From NCBI GenBank assembly GCA_006226565.1, contig SBGO01000334.1:359-64358 (forward strand): a DNA stretch of 64,000 bases, given 5' to 3'. The position numbers and the translations under genes are program-made. The stretch is from Deltaproteobacteria bacterium. Its GTDB lineage: Bacteria > Myxococcota_A > UBA9042 > PHBI01. The notes beneath the pieces are model-generated. The model had not been told where the DNA came from, searched no databases, and worked only from the letters and a program-made list of their open reading frames with translations. How positions within the stretch are numbered: position 1 is the first letter of the stretch; each line of letters opens with the position of its first letter. Shown in pieces: positions 24,596 to 32,811 of the stretch.

Positions 24596-26815
24596 ATGAC
24601 CAAGCGAAACGAAAAGAACGACAAGCTGGCGCCCGCGCCCTACGCCGACGACCTCGCGTACCTCGAGGACGAGCTGCAGTGGATCGAGGCCCGGCTCGTC
24701 GGGCTCGGACATCAGGCGCGGTCAGTGGCTGGCCCGAACGAGCGGCGGTCGCCCTTCGACGAGGATGAGGCCACGCCGACCCAGCACCGCCGGCGCGCGA
24801 CGGCCGCCTTCACGCGGGCGCAGGGCCTGCGCGCGGCCATCGACGCCAACCTCGCTGCGACGCGCGACGCGGACGTCGAGCTCGGCCTCGACAAGCTCTG
24901 TGCCACCCACGGGCTCGACGACTTCGAGCGCAACGTGCTCCTCCTCGCGACCGCCCCCGTCTTCTCGCGGCGGTTCGAGGAGCTCTTCGAGAAGACCGCG
25001 CTGAACCCGGCCCGCTGCGGTCTCGGGGTCGAGGTCGTCTTCGACTTCACCGAGCTCTCCTTTCGGGATCGCATCCTGCGTCGACACGCCTTCGCGCCCG
25101 GGAGCCCGCTCGTGAAGAACGAGCTCATCAGCGTCGGGATGGTGTCGCGCCTCGAGTCCGCCAAGGACCTGCTCGACGCCAGCCTCGAGCTCTCCTCGGG
25201 CGCGCTCGGGACCATCCTCGGGAACGTCGACCTCGACGCCCAGTTCGCCGAGTTCTCGTCCCTCGAGGAGCCCCGCGCGACGTTCGACCAGGTCATCCTC
25301 GCCCCTGAGGACAAGGAGCGCATCCTCGCCGTCGTCGACCGCCGCGAGGACTTCCTCGCCGCCCGCGCGCGCTACGGGTTCGACGACATCATCCAGTACG
25401 GGCGCGGCTCCTTCATGCTCTTCCACGGCGAGCCCGGCACCGGCAAGACGCTGACCGCCCACGCCGTCGCCGCCCGGCTCGGCCGCCGCGTGCTCAACGT
25501 CGACATCCCGATGCTGGCCGACAAGCACGAGTCCCAGCGCATCCTGCCCGCCCTCTTCCGGGCCGCCCGCGTGCGCAACGCCGTGCTCTTCTTCGACGAG
25601 TGCGAGGCCATCTTCGCCTCCCGCCGGTTCGGAAACGACATCATGACCGTGCTGCTCGCCGAGCTCGAGCGCTTCGACGGCTTGGCGATCCTCGCGACCA
25701 ACATGCCCGAAGCGCTCGACGAGGCCCTGGCGCGGCGGATCCTCGTCCGCGTCCACTTCCCCCGGCCGGACATCGAAGCGCGCGAGGCCCTGTGGCGCGC
25801 TCACCTGCCGGCCACCGCGCCGCTCGCCGCGGACGTCGACCTGCGCGCGCTGGCGACCCGCTTCGAGATGACCGGCGGCTTCATCAAGAACGCGGTCCTG
25901 GCGAGCCTGGCCGCCGCCGTCCAGGCCGACGGCGCGGCGCCCGTCATCACCATGCGGCACCTCGAGCGGGCGGCGGCCCAGCAGTCGCGCAGCTCGACCG
26001 GCGAGCGCCCGTCCATCGTGCACCCGCGGGCGCGCCTCGCCGACGTCGTGCTCCCCCCCGACGTCGGGACGCTGCTCGGCGAGATCGTCGACGCGACGCG
26101 CAACCGCGCGACCGTGCTGGACCGCTGGAAGATCGCGCCCCACATGACCTACGGCCGCGGTATCGCCGCGCTCTTCCACGGGCCGCCGGGGACAGGCAAG
26201 ACGCTCAGCGCCGAGGCGATCGCCGGCGAGCTGAACCGACCGCTGCTGGTGGCGTCGGTGCCGTCGCTGCAGTCGATGTGGGTCGGCGAGACGGAGAAGC
26301 GCCTGGTGGCGCTATTCGAGGACGTCCGCGCCGAGCGCGCCGTGCTCTTCCTCGACGAGGCGGACTCGCTCCTGATGGCGCGCGGCGAGGGGCGCGCGTC
26401 GCGCCACGACGACTCGCAGGTCAACGTGCTGCTCGGCCTCATCGAGCGCCACGACGACCTGATCCTGCTCGCCACCAACCGCCCCGGCCTGCTCGACCCG
26501 GCGCTGTCGCGGCGTATCGCCTACCACGTCGCCTTCCCGCAGCCCGACGCCAGGGCGCGGGCCGCCATCTGGCGGGGGCTCGTCCCGGACAGCGTCCCTA
26601 CCGAGGGGGGCATCGACTTCGAGCGCCTCGGGAGCCGCTTCGCCCTGTCCGGCGGGGAGATCAAGAACGCGGTCCTCAAGGCCGCCTTCCGGGCAGCCGC
26701 CCGCCAGGTGCTGCGCCAGGCCGACCTCGAGGGCGCGGCCAGCGAGGAGCAGGCGACGAACAACGGCGACAGCGCACGCCCCATCGGCTTCGCGCGCTCC
26801 GAGGCCGCGGCGTGA
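24596..26815 (+). CDS. tandem-AAA+ ATPase (two classical AAA domains, CDC48/FtsH-like ATPase core) with an about 250-aa N-terminal region
   Basis: ORF 24524..26815. The ATG at 24596 (MTKRNEK) is preceded by GGAGGAGAG. AAA domain 1 has FHGEPGTGKTLTA and LFFDECEAIF. AAA domain 2 has FHGPPGTGKTLSA and LFLDEADSLL. Each domain is followed by an arginine-finger/sensor region. Confidence 0.8.
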   Translation: MTKRNEKNDKLAPAPYADDLAYLEDELQWIEARLVGLGHQARSVAGPNERRSPFDEDEATPTQHRRRATAAFTRAQGLRAAIDANLAATRDADVELGLDKLCATHGLDDFERNVLLLATAPVFSRRFEELFEKTALNPARCGLGVEVVFDFTELSFRDRILRRHAFAPGSPLVKNELISVGMVSRLESAKDLLDASLELSSGALGTILGNVDLDAQFAEFSSLEEPRATFDQVILAPEDKERILAVVDRREDFLAARARYGFDDIIQYGRGSFMLFHGEPGTGKTLTAHAVAARLGRRVLNVDIPMLADKHESQRILPALFRAARVRNAVLFFDECEAIFASRRFGNDIMTVLLAELERFDGLAILATNMPEALDEALARRILVRVHFPRPDIEAREALWRAHLPATAPLAADVDLRALATRFEMTGGFIKNAVLASLAAAVQADGAAPVITMRHLERAAAQQSRSSTGERPSIVHPRARLADVVLPPDVGTLLGEIVDATRNRATVLDRWKIAPHMTYGRGIAALFHGPPGTGKTLSAEAIAGELNRPLLVASVPSLQSMWVGETEKRLVALFEDVRAERAVLFLDEADSLLMARGEGRASRHDDSQVNVLLGLIERHDDLILLATNRPGLLDPALSRRIAYHVAFPQPDARARAAIWRGLVPDSVPTEGGIDFERLGSRFALSGGEIKNAVLKAAFRAAARQVLRQADLEGAASEEQATNNGDSARPIGFARSEAAA

Positions 26816-27438
26816 CCGTTGGCCTCTCCCAGCCGCCCCCCGCTCCCGTGCGGGGGCAGCCGGCGTCGCCCCCCATCGACGCTCCCGCGGCGCCGGTCGC
26901 GGGGCTGAGCTTCTGGGTGGTGTGGGGCGGCCACTATCTGCTGGCAGACGTCCACGCGGTTCGGCGGGTCAGCGGACGCAGCTTCGTGGTGGCCCGCGGC
27001 GGGAACCTCCAGCGCCATCTGAACGTGGAGTGGGCGCGCTGGCTCGCGGGGCTCTTCCAGATTGGCCCCGTGTTCCTCCACGGCCGCCCCATGCGGCCGC
27101 CACGACTTCCCCTCGAGCCCGGAGACCTCGCGATGCCCGACGCGCCCCTGTCCATCGACCTTCGAGCGCGCGACCAGCGGTTCCTGCGCGCTGCCCGCGA
27201 CGTCCTGAAGCGCTACGAGATAGCCGGCGGCGAGGCGCTCGGCAGCACTGTCGCCTTCGACGTGCGCGGCGGAAGCGCCGACTACGCGGTCCGGGTCTCC
27301 GCCGATTGGTCCGAGCCGCCGCGCTGCACCTGCCCGGACGCGGCGCGCGCGGCGAACGCTGGATTCTGCAAGCACATCATCGCCGTCCTGCTCGTCGAGG
27401 AGGACCTCGGCTACCAGCTGCTCGACGTGCTGCTCTGA
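26812..27438 (+). CDS. SWIM zinc-finger domain protein
   Basis: This is the C-terminal 208 codons of track ORF 25600..27438. CTCPDAARAANAGFCKHIIAVLL matches the CxC...CxH SWIM signature. The proposed GTG start at 26812 overlaps the upstream stop (GTGA); the true start is uncertain. Confidence 0.55.
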   Translation: MTVGLSQPPPAPVRGQPASPPIDAPAAPVAGLSFWVVWGGHYLLADVHAVRRVSGRSFVVARGGNLQRHLNVEWARWLAGLFQIGPVFLHGRPMRPPRLPLEPGDLAMPDAPLSIDLRARDQRFLRAARDVLKRYEIAGGEALGSTVAFDVRGGSADYAVRVSADWSEPPRCTCPDAARAANAGFCKHIIAVLLVEEDLGYQLLDVLL

Positions 27439-27453
27439 ACGAGGAGGCCCCCG

Positions 27454-28539
27454 ATGTCCCGCAACCCGACCGCCCTCGCGCTCCCCACGACCGACGGCTA
27501 CAGCTACGGCGAGGTGCGTGCGCTGGTCGAGCTGACCCTGCGAGCCGGCATCTCGGTCCTGTTGCGCGGCCACCCGGGCGTCGGCAAGTCCGCGCTGGCG
27601 CACGAGCTGGCTTCCGCGATGGGGCTGCCCCTCGAGGACATTCGGCTGGCGCAGCGCGACCCGGCCGAGCTCGCCGGCGTCTACTTCCCGGACCGCGAGC
27701 GGCAAGTGCTGGCGCTCTTCGCGCCGGACTGGGTGCAGCGGGCGTGCGAGGTGCCCACGTTGGTGTTCCTCGACGAGATCAACGCGGCCGTGACCCGTCT
27801 CCACCAAGCCGCCGCCTATCAGATCGTGCTCGAGCACCGGGTCGGGCCCTTCCGGTTCCATCCGGGCACGGTCGTGCTCGCTGCGGGGAACCTCGAGGAG
27901 GACCACGCCCTCGCCGCGACGCTGTCGGCGGCACTGACCAATCGCTTCGCCCACTACACGCTGCGAGTCGACGCGGCGAGCTGGCTCACATGGGGGGCTG
28001 ACGCGGGCGTCGACGAGGCGATCCTGGCGTACATCGGACGCTACGGGGAGGAGGCGCTCTATTCGAACGATGGGGAGTACGCGTTCCCGTCGCCGCGGAG
28101 CTGGGAGATGGCGAGCCGGGTGTACCGGGCCGCGACCGAGGCGGAGCGGCGCCGGGCCGTGGCGGCGTGCGTGGGAGCGGCGGCGGCGGAGAAGCTGTTC
28201 GCGTACCTGCGGATCTATCAGCGGGTGAACGCCGCGCGCATCGTCCGCAAGGGGCAGGCGATGGACTTCGCGAGGGGCAAGTCGGCCGAGCCGTCGTTCA
28301 TCTACGCGGCGCTGTTCTCGGTGGCCGCGTGGCTCAACCACGAGGGGACGCCGACGGACGACGAGCTCCCGAACGTGGTCGCGTTCCTGCGATCGCCGGG
28401 GCTCGACCCCGAGTACGTCTTCCTGTTTCTGCGGCAGGTGAAGGGGAACGCGGCGTTGATGGCGCGGCTCAAGGGGTTGCCCGAGTTCCGAGCCCTGGCT
28501 GGCGAGCTGGTCCGACTGTCGGCGGAGCTCTACCGATGA
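27454..28539 (+). CDS. MoxR-like AAA+ ATPase (AAA_5 family)
   Basis: ORF 27454..28539 contains LLRGHPGVGKSALAHELA (Walker A) and LVFLDEINAA (Walker B, DEIN type). GAGGAGG lies 6 nt upstream of the ATG. Confidence 0.8.
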   Translation: MSRNPTALALPTTDGYSYGEVRALVELTLRAGISVLLRGHPGVGKSALAHELASAMGLPLEDIRLAQRDPAELAGVYFPDRERQVLALFAPDWVQRACEVPTLVFLDEINAAVTRLHQAAAYQIVLEHRVGPFRFHPGTVVLAAGNLEEDHALAATLSAALTNRFAHYTLRVDAASWLTWGADAGVDEAILAYIGRYGEEALYSNDGEYAFPSPRSWEMASRVYRAATEAERRRAVAACVGAAAAEKLFAYLRIYQRVNAARIVRKGQAMDFARGKSAEPSFIYAALFSVAAWLNHEGTPTDDELPNVVAFLRSPGLDPEYVFLFLRQVKGNAALMARLKGLPEFRALAGELVRLSAELYR

Positions 28540-29876
28540 CCGCCGAGGAGACCGCACGGATCGTTCGCGCGGAGGAGCGACGGGTGATGGCGTTGCGAAT
28601 GCAGCTGCTCGAGCTGCACCCGTTCTGGGGCCACCTGCTGCTGCAGGTACGTGTCGTGGCGGCGCTCGAGCTCGTGGCATTTGCCGCAACCGATTGTGTG
28701 CGGCACATCTGGTACAATCCGCTGCGCACCCGGCACTTGACCCTGCGGCAGCTCGGGTTCGTCCTGGCGCACGAGGTGGGGCACCAGGTGTTCGCCAGCC
28801 GGGAGCGCCAGCGGGGGCGCCAGGCGCACCTCTGGAACTGCGCGACGGACTACGCCATCAACCGGGTGGTGGCGCGCATCGGCCACCCTGCGCGACACGA
28901 GGCGCTCTACGAGTCACCGGACGGGCACTATCCCGGGCTCGGCGACGTCCGGATCCTGCTGGACGCGAGGTGGGACGGGAGAATCGCCGAGGCGATCTAC
29001 GAGGAGCTCGCCGCGGAGGCGTTGCCCGAGCCGGTGAGCGTGACGTTGACGCTGACCATGCCCGGGGAGGAGGGAGAGGGAGCCGGCGCGATGGTCCGCG
29101 TGCCGAACCTGAGCGACCATGGGGGCGGGATCGACGTGCACCTCCCGGACACGTTGACGGCGGCAGATCGAGGGGTGCTCGCCGAGCGACTGGCGGGCGC
29201 CGTCGACGCCTGGCAGCGAGCCGGTCGCGCCGGAGACGCGCCGGGCGCTCTCGTCCGCGAGCTCGAGCTCGGTCGGCGAGGACAGGTCCCGTGGCCGCGG
29301 CTCCTGCGGAGGTTCGTGAGCCAGGCGACGGCGCGGGACGACTACACGCTGCGCCGACCGAACCGGCGCTACCTGATGGAGGACCTGGTCGTGCCCGGCC
29401 TCTGCGGCGAGCGGGTCGGGACGGTCATCGTGGCGGTCGACACGTCCGGGAGCATGACGCCGAAGCAGCTCGATGTGGTGGCAGCCGAACTCGAGGCACT
29501 CACCAGCGTCGTCGACGACCTGACGCTGCTCGTCGGGGACACCGAGGTGCGCGAGGTCGTGACTGGCGAGGCCGTCGCGCCCTGGTTGCGCGCGGCCCGC
29601 ATGGTTGGTGGCGGTGGCACGGACCATCGCCCGTTCTTCGCCTGGGTCGCCGAGCGACGCCTGCATCCGGACGTGTTCATCGGGCTGACCGACCTCGCCT
29701 CGCGTTTCCCCGAGCGTCCGCCGCCCTACCCGGTCCTGTGGGTCACGCCCGAGGGCCACGGCCCGGCGCCGTGGGGGCAGATCGTGGTCGTGAGCTCGCG
29801 CAGCCGAACAAATGGCCCCCAAGGGGCTCAGAACCATCTGCTCACCCGTAGTAGGGGGGCAGACAAGACCCTTTGA
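28536..29876 (+). CDS. vWA-domain protein with an N-terminal HExxH (DUF2201-like putative metallopeptidase) domain; cognate partner of the MoxR ATPase
   Basis: This is the C-terminal 446 codons of ORF 28167..29876. The ATG at 28536 overlaps the MoxR stop (ATGA). It contains VLAHEVGHQVF (HExxH) and a vWA MIDAS (VAVDTSGSM ... GGGTD). Confidence 0.8.
   Translation: MTAEETARIVRAEERRVMALRMQLLELHPFWGHLLLQVRVVAALELVAFAATDCVRHIWYNPLRTRHLTLRQLGFVLAHEVGHQVFASRERQRGRQAHLWNCATDYAINRVVARIGHPARHEALYESPDGHYPGLGDVRILLDARWDGRIAEAIYEELAAEALPEPVSVTLTLTMPGEEGEGAGAMVRVPNLSDHGGGIDVHLPDTLTAADRGVLAERLAGAVDAWQRAGRAGDAPGALVRELELGRRGQVPWPRLLRRFVSQATARDDYTLRRPNRRYLMEDLVVPGLCGERVGTVIVAVDTSGSMTPKQLDVVAAELEALTSVVDDLTLLVGDTEVREVVTGEAVAPWLRAARMVGGGGTDHRPFFAWVAERRLHPDVFIGLTDLASRFPERPPPYPVLWVTPEGHGPAPWGQIVVVSSRSRTNGPQGAQNHLLTRSRGADKTL
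29847..29861 (+). promoter_or_regulatory. conserved 15-nt motif CGTAGTAGGGGGGCA, copy 2, inside the last codons of the vWA gene and 28 nt upstream of the next start
   Basis: Identical to the motif at 24559-24573, in the same arrangement relative to a downstream SD and start codon. Confidence 0.4.
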
Positions 29877-29889
29877 TGAGGTGGATACC

Positions 29890-30255
29890 GTGACAACTGA
29901 CACGAAGAAGTCGAACTACTTCCTGCCCGACCGCAGCAACCGGCCGAGCAGCAGCCCGGCCGATGGCACGCGAGAGCTCGGCACCGGGCATCACGGCGTT
30001 CTCGCCGATGGCCGCCCCTACGTCGGCGAGGCGGCGGCGGTGGATGGGTTCACCATGGCCTACTATTACTTCGATGCCACTGGACTCGAGGACGCTTCGG
30101 TCGAGGAGCTCACCGACCTCCTGTGCCGGTCCGGGATCGACGTCGGCTCTCACGACCCGGAGACGGGGGTCTACCTGGGGGCTTCCCGGGGGGAGGACGC
30201 GGTGGGCCGCCCGATCATCGAGTTCCAGGTGACCTACGACCTGACGGACTGGTAG
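29890..30255 (+). CDS. small hypothetical protein (121 aa)
   Basis: ORF 29812..30255. GTG at 29890 (VTTDTKKSNYF) is preceded by GAGGTGGA with a 4-nt spacer. It is the last gene of the AAA operon. Confidence 0.45.
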   Translation: MTTDTKKSNYFLPDRSNRPSSSPADGTRELGTGHHGVLADGRPYVGEAAAVDGFTMAYYYFDATGLEDASVEELTDLLCRSGIDVGSHDPETGVYLGASRGEDAVGRPIIEFQVTYDLTDW

Positions 30256-30380
30256 AGCGGAGCACGCCAACCCTCAACACGGAACAGAGCGTCTCGACAC
30301 CAGGTCGCAAACCGTGCCTGCTCGGGCTGCGCGCACAGCAGACGGCGCGCGCTGGTTTCGCACGCCCCGCAGGAGGTCCG

Positions 30381-30610
30381 ATGCCCGCCTTCGCCCCGAC
30401 GTTCACGCTCACGCCGCTACTGCTGCGGCAGCTCAAGGTCATCGACCAGATCGACGGCTTCCTGGCGGCGGTGGAGACGCAGGCCGAGTAGGTCGAGCAG
30501 CTGGGCCACGAGGCTCGCGTGCACGACGCGCTCACGAGCTTGCGCATCGAGGGGAGCACGCTGAGCTACGAGGCGGCCCTCGAGCTGGCCGAGGGGAAGC
30601 TCACGGGGGC
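30381..30610 (+). pseudogene. decayed 5' fragment of a second fic copy (Fic N-terminal about 75 codons; premature stop and frameshift)
   Basis: Positions 30371-30610 are about 85% identical at nucleotide level to 3071-3310, from the SD GGAGGTCCGATGCC through MPAF(A/S)PTFTLTPL(L/M)LRQLKVIDQ...AAVETQAE. The copy hits TAG at 30489-30491, where the intact gene has TGG. The homology then continues in another frame (LRIEGSTLSYE) before ending. Confidence 0.6.
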
Positions 30611-30749
30611 GTTTTGGCCGGTCAGGGGAGTTCGCCCTCGTCTCCGGAGCGGTGCACCTCTGCCCGCCGGACGCCGTTCGACGCCGCTCCCCCGGAAACG
30701 AAACGTCCATCGGACCGCAAGCTCGTGCGGTTGCAGCGCTCCCCGCGCA

Positions 30750-32762
30750 TCACCCTGGCGCTGGTCCTCGCAGGTGCGGTTCCTCGCATTGGTCGAGGTG
30801 GGGGGTGCAGCCGAGGAGGCAGTGCTCGGAGGCGGGGTCGCGGGGATCGTCGCCTTCGCGGAAGCAGCCGGCGGCGCAGTCGAGGAAGCAGCGCTCGCCG
30901 GCGGGTAGCTCGGCCGCTTCGCCCAGCGCCCCCACGAGGGCGCCGGAGTAGCCGTGGCTCGCGTCGGCCTGGCCCTCGTAGCGCCAGAGCCCGACGAGCG
31001 CGTCGCCGTGGCGGGCCACACGCACGACCATGTCGACCGTGTATCTGTTCGGCGAGAAGAGCTGGCTCCGGCCGGTGAAAGTCCGCTCCTTGCTCGCCCG
31101 GACGATGGTGATAGCCCCCTTCATACGGCCGGGACGCGGGGCGAGATCCCCGGGCTCGGTGTAGCCGGACTTCATCAGCCGCCCTTCGAGACTTCCCGAA
31201 TCGCTCCCGACATGAAGGCTCAGAGTGTAGTGCCCGCGTGTCCCGACAGCGTTGGGGCGCTCATTCTCCGCGTGCACCACCTCGGTGTCGACACGCCAGC
31301 GCCCTACGAGCGTCGCCGCTGGTGACTCGACGGAGGATGCCGACTTCGCGCCGTCTGTCGGGCTCTTCGCTGCCTCGACTCGCACCGGGGCGCCGGCACT
31401 CCCTGTCTCACGTCCCTTGGCCGAACGGACGACGGCCGCCGCCTCGCGCGGGGCCAACAGCGCCCCCCGCTTGGGGGCGCTCGATTGCACCGCGGCGGGG
31501 GCGGACCTAGTCGGAGGCGCCGTCGAGCCGACACCAGCGTTGCGGGCTGAAGCAGGCTTCGGTGCGACGGTGCTCGTCGGTCTGTTAGGCGCAGTCGAAG
31601 GCGGTGCGACAGCGGCCGGTGCGACCTTGCCGGGAGGTTCCGCTCCCATGGTTCGAGCACCGTTCGCCAACACCGGCTGCTCGCGTGAAGCGCCGCCATG
31701 AGAGTTGAACGCGACGATGGCCGCGGCGGCGCCTCCCGCGAGGACGAGCGCCAAGAGCAAGGGCCACAACGTGTGACGATGCCGACGCGGGGCCCTCGAC
31801 AGGCTCCCGCCCGCATCTCGGGAGCGCGAGGACGTCGCGCGACGTCGAACGCCGACCGACTGCTCGTCCGGACCGGCAATCAGGGCCGGGGCGTCGTAGC
31901 GGGTGATGTCCGTCGGGCGGCGCTCGCTCTCCAACCACGCGAAATCGACCGCGTCGTGGCGCTCTTTGAGATCGACGTAGACGTTGTGCGGCTTCAGCCC
32001 ATCGAAGGTGAGGCGGGCGTCGCCTTCATTTCCGATTCCGTTGAACAGGCAAATCTGCGCTCTGTTGTCGTCCAATCTCCACTGCAAGAACGCGTCGAGA
32101 TCCAACGCGTACCGCGACTCGGGCGACACGACGTAGAACCGGTCCTTCTGGAGCACGCCACGCCAGCGGCGCTCGGCGTACATCGGGTGGTCGGTGGCCG
32201 CTCCGCGATACGACCTGACCTCGCCGCGAAAGTTGTCCCCAGGGCGCGCGTCGTAGTTCATGACGCAAACCAGCTCGAGGTTTCTGAGCCAAGTCAGGGA
32301 CTCCAAGAGCGAGATCGTCGCCGCGTGGAGCCCCGTCACCAGGGCGCCGCGTTCGACGTCGCGCAGCGCTCCCCCGGCGTGCGAGCTGCGGTTGCGCAGC
32401 TTCCTGTAACGCTGGAGTGAGCCTCGCGCGTGCTCGGGCCAGGCGATGAGCTCATCGCCCAGCCCCGGCGCGATTCGCCCATTCCGGAGGGCCTTCGAGA
32501 GGTCCCGAACGACGTAGAGCCAATCCCCCAGCGTCCAGCCGTAGCGCTGCGAGCTCGAGAGCCGCGACGGAAGCTCGTGCCCCTCCGCGAGCAGCGTTGC
32601 GGCCTGCATCGACGCCACGAATCGCAGCGCTACCTCGATCACCGCGACCAGCGGATCATTGTCCAGCTCCTTCACGTTCGTCGCGTTCTTCCACGCGTTC
32701 GCGATCGGGAAGGGGAGCTCTTCGTAGAACCACGCGGGTCCGTTTTCCGGTGGCGCGCTCAT
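30750..32762 (-). CDS. hypothetical single-pass membrane protein (about 330-aa cytoplasmic N-domain, one TM helix, Pro/Ala-rich linker, C-terminal extracytoplasmic domain)
   Basis: ORF 30750..32762 starts with ATG. The TM segment is LWPLLLALVLAGGAAAAIVAF. No catalytic motif was recognised. Confidence 0.5.
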   Translation of the reverse strand: MSAPPENGPAWFYEELPFPIANAWKNATNVKELDNDPLVAVIEVALRFVASMQAATLLAEGHELPSRLSSSQRYGWTLGDWLYVVRDLSKALRNGRIAPGLGDELIAWPEHARGSLQRYRKLRNRSSHAGGALRDVERGALVTGLHAATISLLESLTWLRNLELVCVMNYDARPGDNFRGEVRSYRGAATDHPMYAERRWRGVLQKDRFYVVSPESRYALDLDAFLQWRLDDNRAQICLFNGIGNEGDARLTFDGLKPHNVYVDLKERHDAVDFAWLESERRPTDITRYDAPALIAGPDEQSVGVRRRATSSRSRDAGGSLSRAPRRHRHTLWPLLLALVLAGGAAAAIVAFNSHGGASREQPVLANGARTMGAEPPGKVAPAAVAPPSTAPNRPTSTVAPKPASARNAGVGSTAPPTRSAPAAVQSSAPKRGALLAPREAAAVVRSAKGRETGSAGAPVRVEAAKSPTDGAKSASSVESPAATLVGRWRVDTEVVHAENERPNAVGTRGHYTLSLHVGSDSGSLEGRLMKSGYTEPGDLAPRPGRMKGAITIVRASKERTFTGRSQLFSPNRYTVDMVVRVARHGDALVGLWRYEGQADASHGYSGALVGALGEAAELPAGERCFLDCAAGCFREGDDPRDPASEHCLLGCTPHLDQCEEPHLRGPAPG

Positions 32763-32811
32763 GCGCCGAGGCTAGCACGCAGCCGGTACGCCAGCCAACG
32801 GCGCGCAGGCA

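Noticed and set aside
26812-27438. Alternative longer SWIM protein using the 612-aa track ORF 25600..27438
   Set aside because: The upstream part of that frame overlaps the second AAA domain of the tandem-AAA gene in another frame and is Arg/Pro-rich noise. Only the last about 208 codons carry the SWIM CxC...CxH motif.
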